Part shown: positions 1 through 7,333 of the stretch, piece by piece
Position numbering within the stretch: position 1 is the first letter of the stretch
Layout: the number at the start of each line of letters is the position of its first letter
Source of the DNA: a virus
Lineage: Duplodnaviria > Heunggongvirae > Uroviricota > Caudoviricetes
DNA: 64,000 bases
IMG/VR virus record: IMGVR_UViG_3300028603_000003
Reading direction: 5' to 3' (one strand)
The notes under the pieces: model-generated
What the model was told of the DNA's origin: nothing
The model's input: only the letters and a program-made list of their open reading frames with translations
The model's database searches: none
Program-made: the position numbers and the translations under genes

Positions 1-579
1 AGCCCTCACTTTATCAAGAAATGAAAACTGATTCCACTTTTCTACATCACACCAAGCACGATCTGGGTTAACTTGCATTCGGGTATACAATGGCTTTTCA
101 TAAAAAGCATACAACTCGTGCAGCCAATCATGATCGTACTTTTTGGTGACAGCATCCGTAAAGAAGTCAACGTTCATCTGATTGAGATTTGGGTTGCCTT
201 GTGGGAACGCTTCTTTTGTCAGACGAATCCTCTCTTCAAGGAAAGGCTGGTCATCTTTTGAATAGAGATGACACTTCAGATACTTGTGATAGTGGGTAAT
301 ATGTTTCTGGAAACTTAAGTCTCTCCAAAGATGGCTTCTCTTTATGAGGGCAAGCCCACAAAGAGACATAACATAAGCTTCGCCCCCATCAGGAAGTTTC
401 ACACGACCAAAAGAACGAAACTCTTCTGCCATGGCCCGATTGTTTAGAAACTCAGGGTCGTGCCACTCAGTTCCTTCGATTGGTGAGTCGGAAATCACGT
501 CCCAATCAGCATCTGCCTTTACAGGAAAGTCGTCGACCCAGAACGCAAGTGCTCTGCTGCCAATCAATACAGGTTCCAT
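1..579 (-). CDS. Nucleotidyltransferase-like phage protein (runs off the left window edge)
   Basis: Not in the ORF track; translated by hand from ATG at 579: MEPVLIGSRALAFWVDDFPVKADADWDVISDSP..., open towards the window edge. The hGS-x(n)-DxD pattern resembles the Pol-beta NTase signature. Confidence 0.55.
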   Translation of the reverse strand, partial: MEPVLIGSRALAFWVDDFPVKADADWDVISDSPIEGTEWHDPEFLNNRAMAEEFRSFGRVKLPDGGEAYVMSLCGLALIKRSHLWRDLSFQKHITHYHKYLKCHLYSKDDQPFLEERIRLTKEAFPQGNPNLNQMNVDFFTDAVTKKYDHDWLHELYAFYEKPLYTRMQVNPDRAWCDVEKWNQFSFLDKVRA

Positions 580-604
580 GACAAATCCTTTTTAATATTC
601 AAAT

Positions 605-946
605 CTATGCCGAAGGCTTCCAAAGCTTAGCGTACTTCAAAACATTCGGAACGTCTTTACTTGAAACTGGGCTTACAACAGCACAGGACTTTCGAGCTTC
701 GAGTTGGGTATTCTCGTGTCCAAGATAAACTTTGAAGTTAGGAAGGGTCTTTATCTTCTCGAACTCTTTTTCGTTTACTCGCAAGACAACCTTTCGGAAA
801 GAATTCTCTAACCAGCTATCGTAAACACTATCTCCAGAGAACTCCAGATGTGCTCCGAGCATTGAGTGCGCAACTAGAGTTGGCACCATAAAGTCATCGA
901 CTTCTTCTAATACTGCGATGTAAACCTTTGAGTATACCTCTGACAT
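605..946 (-). CDS. Peptidyl-tRNA hydrolase 2 (PTH2)-like protein
   Basis: LVAHS...W...SFRKVVLRV...GHENT...SCAVVSP parallels the PTH2 pattern QxxHA...W...KVVLKV...DAGxT...TVLGIGP; 113 aa; SD GGAGA upstream. Confidence 0.55.
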   Translation of the reverse strand: MSEVYSKVYIAVLEEVDDFMVPTLVAHSMLGAHLEFSGDSVYDSWLENSFRKVVLRVNEKEFEKIKTLPNFKVYLGHENTQLEARKSCAVVSPVSSKDVPNVLKYAKLWKPSA

Positions 947-960
947 TATCTCTCCAATTC

Positions 961-1018
961 TTTACAGGGTCAACTTTGGGCTATGTCAAAAATAGTTAAA
1001 GTTTGCTGAACTGACCCT
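961..1018 (-). ncRNA. Structured hairpin element B (putative ncRNA or cis-element)
   Basis: Minus strand AGGGTCA-GTTCAGCAAAC...TGACCCT-GTAAA: 7-bp closing stem (1012-1018/966-972) with inner AACTTT/AAAGTT and CTAT/ATAG helices. Confidence 0.4.
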
Positions 1019-1020
1019 TG

Positions 1021-1079
1021 CTAACAGGATGCGCATTGTTTGTAGTTTATGGTTACAAGTATTTTGCAGTAGGCATCCT
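1021..1079 (-). ncRNA. Structured hairpin element A (putative ncRNA or cis-element)
   Basis: Minus strand AGGATGC-CTACTGCAAAA...GCATCCT-GTTAG: 7-bp closing stem (1073-1079/1026-1032); same architecture as element B. Confidence 0.4.
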
Positions 1080-1086
1080 AAATTTT

Positions 1087-1186
1087 AATTTCTGGTTGGA
1101 CTCGAACCAACGGCCTAACCTTTATTCCCGGCATTTTGGTCCTTCACCTTGAGGGAGGTCTGCTCTACCAACTGAGCTACAGCAAT
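1087..1186 (-). tRNA. tRNA-like RNA with a 34-nt anticodon loop (intron-containing, pseudo- or decoy tRNA)
   Basis: ATTGCTG TA GCTC AGTTGGTA GAGC A GACCT [34 nt] AGGTT AGGCC GTTGG TTCGAGT CCAAC CAGAAAT T. D- and T-arms are canonical, the acceptor stem has one G-A mismatch, and no CCA is encoded. Confidence 0.65.
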
Positions 1187-1192
1187 TATTTG

Positions 1193-1268
1193 TGGTGGGC
1201 CGGGAGGGATTTGAACCCCCGATCAACATATTATGAGTATGCCGCTTTCACCGCTAAGCTACCGGCCC
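1193..1268 (-). tRNA. tRNA with CAT anticodon, most likely tRNA-Ile2 (lysidine type)
   Basis: 76-nt cloverleaf GGGCCGG...GCATA CTCATAA TATGT...GGTTCAAAT...CCGGCCC A CCA. C4:G69 and C5:G68 are the TilS recognition pairs, and there is no initiator C1:A72 mismatch. Confidence 0.9.
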
Positions 1269-1274
1269 ATTAGA

Positions 1275-1451
1275 CTAGTTCCAGTCTTTACCTAGAGAAT
1301 CGTATTCTACCACACCTTCAACCAAGTCTGCAAACTTTTTTGCTTCTTCGGCTGCTTCATCTACAGATTCTGCGATGACGTAGATGCTTTCGGTGATTCC
1401 TGTTTTCTTGATCCTACCAAACAGTTTATACAGCTTTTTCGAGTTCGTCAA
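1275..1451 (-). CDS. Small hypothetical protein (58 aa, TTG start)
   Basis: Translated by hand: MTNSKKLYKLFGRIKKTGITESIYVIAESVDEAAEEAKKFADLVEGVVEYDSLGKDWN; AGGA upstream; collinear with neighbours. Confidence 0.5.
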   Translation of the reverse strand: MTNSKKLYKLFGRIKKTGITESIYVIAESVDEAAEEAKKFADLVEGVVEYDSLGKDWN

Positions 1452-1653
1452 GACTAATTTCCTTATAAGATGGAATCTCTACCAAAATCAGATTGGCCTT
1501 AATCATCTTTGTCGTTGAAAGAAAGACCTTCACTTGATTAAGACTACCAAAAGACTTGTACCAAGGGGCAAGCCCACCTGAAACGGTTCTTGATAAAATA
1601 TACATTTTGCCTATCTCAAAGTATTTTACGTATTGTACATCAACGCAAATCAA
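1426..1653 (-). CDS. Hypothetical protein
   Basis: 75-aa ORF in the minus-strand gene run; start uncertain. Confidence 0.5.
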   Translation of the reverse strand: MICVDVQYVKYFEIGKMYILSRTVSGGLAPWYKSFGSLNQVKVFLSTTKMIKANLILVEIPSYKEISLDELEKAV

Positions 1654-2153
1654 TAGTCAATGTCTTTGTTTCCTAAAATTACATCCATGTTTCCTAAAAT
1701 TACATCTAAACGCGCGCCATTAAACGCACGTAACTTGTCCCAACGGAAAGAACGCCATTCTTTCTTGTCGAGGTCAAAAACATTCTGAACATCTGGGTTT
1801 TTCTTTCGTTCGACTTCGTTCTTGGGATGATACTCTTCACTAATCAGATTGTCAAGGTCTAGAGTTCCGCGAAGCTTTCGAATGCTTCCGTCAGCCTTTT
1901 CGAATTCTATGAGCACTTCTCCAGAATGCAAAGCTTCTAGGACTTTAGACTTTAGCTCTTCGTGTGTTGTGATTAAATTTTCTGTAGTCATAGCTGCATT
2001 ATCCAATAATTTATCAATATCATCAAGTTGCTCTTTGAGGTGATCTGATATTAGCAAGGCTTCGTTTAGTAGTCTGACATACTCTTGACCCTTGGCAGTA
2101 ATTGACGCAGCCGTAACTGCGTCATAAAGCCTAGAGTAATTTTGATTAGGCAT
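1650..2153 (-). CDS. Coiled-coil plus WYL_2/DUF2693-type Sm-like SH3 beta-barrel protein
   Basis: C-terminal VLIEFEKADGSIRKLRGTLD...VFDLDKKEWRSFRWDKL is the typical phage SH3-fold motif; start placed at the internal Met at 2153. Confidence 0.7.
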   Translation of the reverse strand: MPNQNYSRLYDAVTAASITAKGQEYVRLLNEALLISDHLKEQLDDIDKLLDNAAMTTENLITTHEELKSKVLEALHSGEVLIEFEKADGSIRKLRGTLDLDNLISEEYHPKNEVERKKNPDVQNVFDLDKKEWRSFRWDKLRAFNGARLDVILGNMDVILGNKDIDY

Positions 2154-2373
2154 TCTCTGCCTGCATCTCCGCTCGCGCGGACTTGCCAAGATTTCGAGAA
2201 ACAGTGTTTGCGTGAATCTCTGCCTCCATAAACATTCGACGGACAGTCTTTGAGATTCCCATGGTTGTGCTCATAACCTTTAGGCTCTGAGACATCACAT
2301 ACCCCTTTTCGCCGCGCTTGCGGGTTTGTTGAACTTGCTTCTCTTCGACCTTCTTTGCTTGCTTCTTTGCCAT
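2146..2373 (-). CDS. Basic hypothetical protein
   Basis: 75 aa, K/R-rich, ATG start, tightly packed between neighbours. Confidence 0.6.
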   Translation of the reverse strand: MAKKQAKKVEEKQVQQTRKRGEKGYVMSQSLKVMSTTMGISKTVRRMFMEAEIHANTVSRNLGKSARAEMQAENA

Positions 2374-2377
2374 ATTA

Positions 2378-2578
2378 TCAATTTCCTTTTACATCGTCAA
2401 CAAAATACTTGAATGCCTTATAGGCAAACTCCATGGCAATATAGACCGCCACACAAAAAAGCGTAGCGGCGAACATTACCGATCCAATAACTACCACGAA
2501 TGGAACCAGCAAACAGTATAGAAAGATTCCAATCCAGTCTTCCTTTTTATTTGAAAAGTCCCACACAGAAAATTTCAT
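2378..2578 (-). CDS. Small membrane protein
   Basis: MKFSVWDF...IGIFLYCLLVPFVVVIGSVMFAATLFCVAVYIAM hydrophobic span; ATGA overlap with the clpP stop. Confidence 0.6.
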   Translation of the reverse strand: MKFSVWDFSNKKEDWIGIFLYCLLVPFVVVIGSVMFAATLFCVAVYIAMEFAYKAFKYFVDDVKGN

Positions 2579-3138
2579 TTTAGTTCCTTTACGCGATCTG
2601 CAATACCATACTTTACTGCTTGTTCTGGGCTTAGCCAAACGTCAGATGGAATAAGAAGCTTCTCAACAATATCTTTGCGTTTTAGCTTGGTGCACTTTTC
2701 GTAGTGGTTTAGAAGCCGTTCTTGAATGTGATTGTATTCCTTCACGGTAGCCATAAGCTCGTGGTATTTGCCGTGGTTTGCCCAAGCAAATTGGTGACTC
2801 ATGACAGAGGTGTTTGGAGTTAGGATTCGCTCTCCCTTTTCGCCTGACATGAAAATCAATAGGCCAGCAGAAGAGATTTCTCCTAGTCCGATTGTTCGAA
2901 CTGGGATGTGACTGCCACGCATAACATCCACAACTGCAAATGCTGAAGAAAGATTTCCACCGGGAGTGCAGATCAAGAGATTAAGAATCTCTGGTGGCTT
3001 TTCTGCATAGTTGTTCGACAGAATCCAACTTACAACATCTCGACAAGATTCTTGATCGATGTCATCCATCAACAGATAAAAGGCGTCGTCTACTGGCTGA
3101 CCGCCCTTTAGTAATGCTTCGTTGATAATACTGAACAT
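2575..3138 (-). CDS. clpP: ClpP-like serine protease
   Basis: ICTPGGN, GEISSAG (catalytic Ser), VMSHQ (His), DVWLSPEQAVKYGIAD match the ClpP family. Confidence 0.9.
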   Translation of the reverse strand: MFSIINEALLKGGQPVDDAFYLLMDDIDQESCRDVVSWILSNNYAEKPPEILNLLICTPGGNLSSAFAVVDVMRGSHIPVRTIGLGEISSAGLLIFMSGEKGERILTPNTSVMSHQFAWANHGKYHELMATVKEYNHIQERLLNHYEKCTKLKRKDIVEKLLIPSDVWLSPEQAVKYGIADRVKELK

Positions 3139-3156
3139 AATATTCCTTTTTAAAGT

Positions 3157-3339
3157 TTAACCATCCCAACCCTCGTATTCATCTTCGTACAAATAATCTT
3201 CAAGCTCCCATTGCGACATGCGCTCAGCCTCTTCGTTACGAAGTTGCTTCTTGGAAGAACGCTCTTCGACCTTGGTGTGATGAACACCATGACGGACCTT
3301 TTTGCGTTCGAACTTGCCACGAAGAATTTCCTTTTCCAC
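3157..3339 (-). CDS. Hypothetical protein (basic N-terminus, acidic C-terminus)
   Basis: 60-aa ORF with SD, in the operon. Confidence 0.55.
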   Translation of the reverse strand: MEKEILRGKFERKKVRHGVHHTKVEERSSKKQLRNEEAERMSQWELEDYLYEDEYEGWDG

Positions 3340-3351
3340 CTTAATTTTCCT

Positions 3352-3579
3352 TTACCAGATAGTGACTTTGTTTTTGGGGAACAACACAACAGAAATGATC
3401 GGGAAATCAATTAGCTCGTCTGGAGTAACAGACTCCCCGTTAATGATGAACGCTTTGTTTTGAATCCAACGCTTCAATTCGCTGGATGATGCTCGACCGC
3501 GCTTGGCACCTTCTCTGCTTTGAAAGTGCATGACACTGTGAAGTTCTTTGAGGAATTGCCAAGCGGTGATCGTTTCCAT
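3352..3579 (-). CDS. Stand-alone S4-like RNA-binding domain protein
   Basis: SSSELKRWIQNKAFIINGESV resembles the S4 motif SxSEARRLIxxGxVxING. Confidence 0.5.
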   Translation of the reverse strand: METITAWQFLKELHSVMHFQSREGAKRGRASSSELKRWIQNKAFIINGESVTPDELIDFPIISVVLFPKNKVTIW

Positions 3580-3581
3580 TT

Positions 3582-5315
3582 TTAGCTCTCGATGATTTCA
3601 GAATAGCCGTTTACTAGCTTTACTTCAAGTTTCCTATCGAAAATGTGTTCGAAGGTGTCTTGGTTTGCGTGACTGATGACGAATATTCTACCTTCCTTTA
3701 GTTCCTGTGTCAAGAGGTTTGTCAAACTCTCTGTTCCTTCGAAGTCCATAGAAGAATCCAACACTTCGTCTAACACAAGAATATTGGCTGCGGCAGAGTT
3801 CTTAAGTGCTGCAACCTCTCTCCAAGCAAACAAGATTGCCAAGTTGATTCTAGACTTCTGCCCTTCTGAGAAGTTCTCGTAGGTGAATTCGTCGCGATGC
3901 CTAGATTTTACACTCTCGTTGAAGTTCTCGTCAAGCTCAAAAGAAACAAACAACCCGAGGGCATCAAGATACTTGTTGATCAGATGGTTGAACACAGGTA
4001 TATACTGTTTGATGATGTTTGTTTTGATCCCACCATCTTTAAGCATTGTTGAGGCTAAGGTTTGAATTCTACCTTCTTCTTCACACTCAGTCAAGGACTT
4101 TTCGAACTCAGCTACAGATTCAGAAAGTTGCCTAAGTTTGTACTTGATGTCTTCCTCATTTTCTGTTACAGAGCTTAGAGAGGCGATCTGCTTTTCTAGT
4201 CTATTGTTCAGGTTTGTTGTGTTTATAATCTCAGACTTTAAATCTGACTTCAGACGCTCACACTCTATCAGCTTGTCCTTAACAGCATTCCTTTTTTCAG
4301 AAGCTTCCGTAAGCAAAGTAATTTTTTCTGTTAGGTCGTTGATGCCGGTTTCTATTTCAGAAATGCTCGCCTCAATCTGTCCGACCATAGATTCCTTAGT
4401 CTCTTCAAAAATCTTCTGTTTACAGGTCGGGCAGTCCGTTGTATCTGTGTACCAATTCTTTTGGGTGTAGAGGGTGTTCTTCTTGGTTGTTATCTGACTG
4501 TAGAAGGTCTTGTACTTCGTAAGTTTTGTTGAGACATCCCCAAACTTCTCTAGCTTGGATTCCAGTTTCTTAGATTGTTCTTCGAGGGCGTGAAGAGAAT
4601 TTCTTTTGTCTTCCAGTGACTCGTTGTTGGTTTGAATCTCTTTGCGAATTCCTTCGATCTGCGCGGTGTTGTCTTCTCGAATCTTTTTCAAGATAGACTC
4701 AAGCATCTCAATCTTAGACTCTGCCTCTTCCTTCTGGGACTGCAACTTGTTTTGTTTGGTGGTCCGCTCTTTGATTCTATCCTTCAAAATCTCAGCCATT
4801 GTCGTGTAAACTTCTGCATCTAGAAGATCGTCAACAACTTCTCTTCTATGAGCAGGGGTTAGTTGCATGAATGGCACATAGTTGGCAGTCCCCAGAATAA
4901 CGACTTGACAAAATGTCTTGTGTGTCATTCTTAGGATTTGCTCTTCGAGAATCTTTTGATAATCTCTACTATCTGTCGGCTGGTTCATCAACTCACCGTC
5001 ACAGTACAACTCGAACACGGACGGCTTCATTCCACGGATAACTTTGTACTGTCTTGTCCCAACGAAAAACTCCACTTCAACCACACAATTTTTGCGGTTG
5101 ATGGAGTTGATCACACCCGACTTGTTAACCTTCTTGTAAGGCTTGTTGTACAGTGCGAACGAAAGTCCGTCTAGCAGCATGGTTGACTTGCCGCTGCCGT
5201 TCTTGCCCGAAACAAGAGTGTACTGTGCCTTGTCAAGCTCAAGTACAGTTGGCACATTGCCATAGCTGAAAAAGTTTCTAACCGAAACAGTTTTAAAATT
5301 AACTCTAGCCATCAA
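3582..5315 (-). CDS. gp46: Recombination endonuclease subunit, SbcC/Rad50-like ATPase
   Basis: Walker A GKNGSGKS, CPTC zinc hook in the coiled coil, FSEGQ signature, LDEVLD Walker B. Confidence 0.97.
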   Translation of the reverse strand: MMARVNFKTVSVRNFFSYGNVPTVLELDKAQYTLVSGKNGSGKSTMLLDGLSFALYNKPYKKVNKSGVINSINRKNCVVEVEFFVGTRQYKVIRGMKPSVFELYCDGELMNQPTDSRDYQKILEEQILRMTHKTFCQVVILGTANYVPFMQLTPAHRREVVDDLLDAEVYTTMAEILKDRIKERTTKQNKLQSQKEEAESKIEMLESILKKIREDNTAQIEGIRKEIQTNNESLEDKRNSLHALEEQSKKLESKLEKFGDVSTKLTKYKTFYSQITTKKNTLYTQKNWYTDTTDCPTCKQKIFEETKESMVGQIEASISEIETGINDLTEKITLLTEASEKRNAVKDKLIECERLKSDLKSEIINTTNLNNRLEKQIASLSSVTENEEDIKYKLRQLSESVAEFEKSLTECEEEGRIQTLASTMLKDGGIKTNIIKQYIPVFNHLINKYLDALGLFVSFELDENFNESVKSRHRDEFTYENFSEGQKSRINLAILFAWREVAALKNSAAANILVLDEVLDSSMDFEGTESLTNLLTQELKEGRIFVISHANQDTFEHIFDRKLEVKLVNGYSEIIES

Positions 5316-6388
5316 AATTCCTCTTTGTCAATAGCCTCTGTGTAAAGGGAATACATTAGTTGTTTTAGAGGAACCTTGTCAACATTTGTTTCAAGCTTCT
5401 CGATGTGCAGGTCTAGGATAGATTTGCTGTCCTTTAGTTCGACTGTTTCCAAATCCAACTCTTCTCCAGCGTCGGTCAGAATTGTCTCCCTAACATCGAT
5501 CACTTCAAGATCGTAACACCCACAGGATTCAATGTGAGTCTTCAGCTTCTCAGAAATTTTCTTGTCTATAGTTTCACAAGAAACGTACAGCTTCACATAA
5601 TGATTTTCGAAGGACTTGTCTTGTAGTAGGTCATCGACATCACTCTCAGAAGCAGCGTAGACCTTTTTAAACATTGTGTGTGGGCTTTCTACGAACTCGG
5701 CAATACCCGAGTCTAGGTCCAACACTGTAAAGCCTTTGGGATCGTTTACGTCGCTCCAAGTAAGCTCATAAGGAGTGCCTGTGTATGTAATGTTGCCATG
5801 CTGATTCCGATGATGGTAGTGTCCCGAAAATACGTGGTCAAACTTAGAATATTGAGAAGCATCGCGTCCATTTTCATTTTTTAATCCTTTGTACATATAG
5901 AAGTCTTTAAATTCGAAGTGACCAACGCAATATTTCGCGCTGGTCAATTCTACAGCAGAAGCAACCTGATTCTCGTTTTCTTCGCAAATCCAAGGAACGA
6001 AAAGAATCTCAGATTCTTTTATTTTGATTTGTGTCGGCTTGGAAACAGCCAGAATGGATGGCTTGTATGAACGCAGCGTCTGGTCTATCGCATTAACGGA
6101 TAGGGTCTTCTTGAAAGCAATGTCGTGGTTGCCAACTAGGGCGACCATCGTAATCTTTCGCTTCACTAGTTCGTCAGCGAATTTTTTCTTAAAGAAGTTA
6201 AGAGATACAAGATTCACTGTGGCGTGAGAGTCGAAGACATCACCAAGTTGAATGATGGTGTCAATATCTCTAGCTTCCAATTCCGAAAACAGAAAAGAAA
6301 AGAACCTTTCTTGAAGGTTCATAAAGTTTTGGGAACTCTTTCTTGCTCCGATGTGCAAGTCGCCTAGTAGGCAAATCTTACGACTCAT
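5312..6388 (-). CDS. gp47: Recombination endonuclease subunit, SbcD/Mre11-like nuclease
   Basis: GDLHIG, LGDVFD, GNHD, GHFE, SGHYH metallophosphoesterase motifs; adjacent to gp46. Confidence 0.97.
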   Translation of the reverse strand: MSRKICLLGDLHIGARKSSQNFMNLQERFFSFLFSELEARDIDTIIQLGDVFDSHATVNLVSLNFFKKKFADELVKRKITMVALVGNHDIAFKKTLSVNAIDQTLRSYKPSILAVSKPTQIKIKESEILFVPWICEENENQVASAVELTSAKYCVGHFEFKDFYMYKGLKNENGRDASQYSKFDHVFSGHYHHRNQHGNITYTGTPYELTWSDVNDPKGFTVLDLDSGIAEFVESPHTMFKKVYAASESDVDDLLQDKSFENHYVKLYVSCETIDKKISEKLKTHIESCGCYDLEVIDVRETILTDAGEELDLETVELKDSKSILDLHIEKLETNVDKVPLKQLMYSLYTEAIDKEEF

Positions 6389-6953
6389 CTGATTCCTCTG
6401 CCATAAAAATCTCTACACCAGAACGAACATACGGAACTTCTCGCTTCTTCCTAACCGGCTCTTCGGTCATGTCAATAAAGCTGTTCTCTTTGATGTATTC
6501 GATTACGTGGTTGTTAATGTCTGATTCCATATCATCAGAATCCTCAAACAAAGAGTCTACGCTATATTCTAGAATCAATCGGCCCTTGATTTTCTGCTCG
6601 TGCTTTTCTTTCTTGATTCTATTAACAAAAGCCTGCCAACATAGTCGGTTGAAGTATGCGAACGGCGGGCCTTTTTCTGGATTGTAGTTGTGCCAGTAAC
6701 GAAGACAAACTTCTACTCCGTCCATGATCATCTCTTCTTTGTAGGAATAACCAGAAAAGTTTCTGCGATAAGCCAGATGGGTTGAAATGTCCAGAAAACA
6801 CTTTGCGATGTAGTCAGTAACTTGTGGCTTCTCTTCGCTGTTCTTGTAAAGCTCTACCTGCTTGATCATCGCCTCTTTAAACAGCTTGCTATCGACATAG
6901 TGATTTGTCTTAATTTCGGGGTCTAGTTCTTCAATTTCTTCTGTCATAATCAA
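6378..6953 (-). CDS. gp55: Late-transcription sigma factor
   Basis: HYVDSK...YIAKCFLDI...NFSGYSYKEEMIMDG...PFAYF pattern of T4 gp55; synteny. Confidence 0.95.
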   Translation of the reverse strand: MIMTEEIEELDPEIKTNHYVDSKLFKEAMIKQVELYKNSEEKPQVTDYIAKCFLDISTHLAYRRNFSGYSYKEEMIMDGVEVCLRYWHNYNPEKGPPFAYFNRLCWQAFVNRIKKEKHEQKIKGRLILEYSVDSLFEDSDDMESDINNHVIEYIKENSFIDMTEEPVRKKREVPYVRSGVEIFMAEESDES

Positions 6954-7333
6954 TGCAATGCTCGTGTGTCTTGTTTGTAAATCTCTGTGTATAGTTCTTC
7001 AATCGTATCGCTTTGTCGAACATCATGCAGAGTCTGTTTGATGAAATTAATCTTGTAAAGCTTGGTGAATGTTTCGTTCGCGGGAGTTGGCTCGCTTACC
7101 ACAAACTCTTTCTTGATGAGCACCGTTCCTGTGTCACAGAACTTATATAGAAAGGGAAACATCAAAATCATTTCGCTGTATCCACCACTCGAATTTACGG
7201 CGGGATTCTGGGTTATCGTAAAGGGGTAATCCAGAATGTAGTATGATTGGTCGCTCTGATAATTCTTTAATACTTCGCCGATGATTGTCTCGCCAGTAGA
7301 CAATTTCAAAATGCTTAGTTTAACGTCGATCAT
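6950..7333 (-). CDS. Conserved T4-like hypothetical protein (Sm-like fold likely)
   Basis: ILKLSTGETIIGEV N-terminus is typical of the small gene between uvsW and gp55 in T4-like phages. Confidence 0.65.
   Translation of the reverse strand: MIDVKLSILKLSTGETIIGEVLKNYQSDQSYYILDYPFTITQNPAVNSSGGYSEMILMFPFLYKFCDTGTVLIKKEFVVSEPTPANETFTKLYKINFIKQTLHDVRQSDTIEELYTEIYKQDTRALH

Noticed and set aside
73-261. 62-aa + strand ORF from the track
   Set aside because: Antisense shadow of the NTase-like gene that starts at 579 on the minus strand.
1122-1155. Reading the TCA in the large loop as a selenocysteine or opal-suppressor anticodon
   Set aside because: No 7-nt loop centred on TCA forms with the anticodon stem, and the Sec-specific long acceptor and variable arms are absent.
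3676-6687. Numerous + strand ORFs opposite gp46, gp47 and gp55
   Set aside because: Antisense shadows with Ser/Leu/Phe-rich composition, no ribosome-binding sites or motifs, fully overlapping conserved genes.
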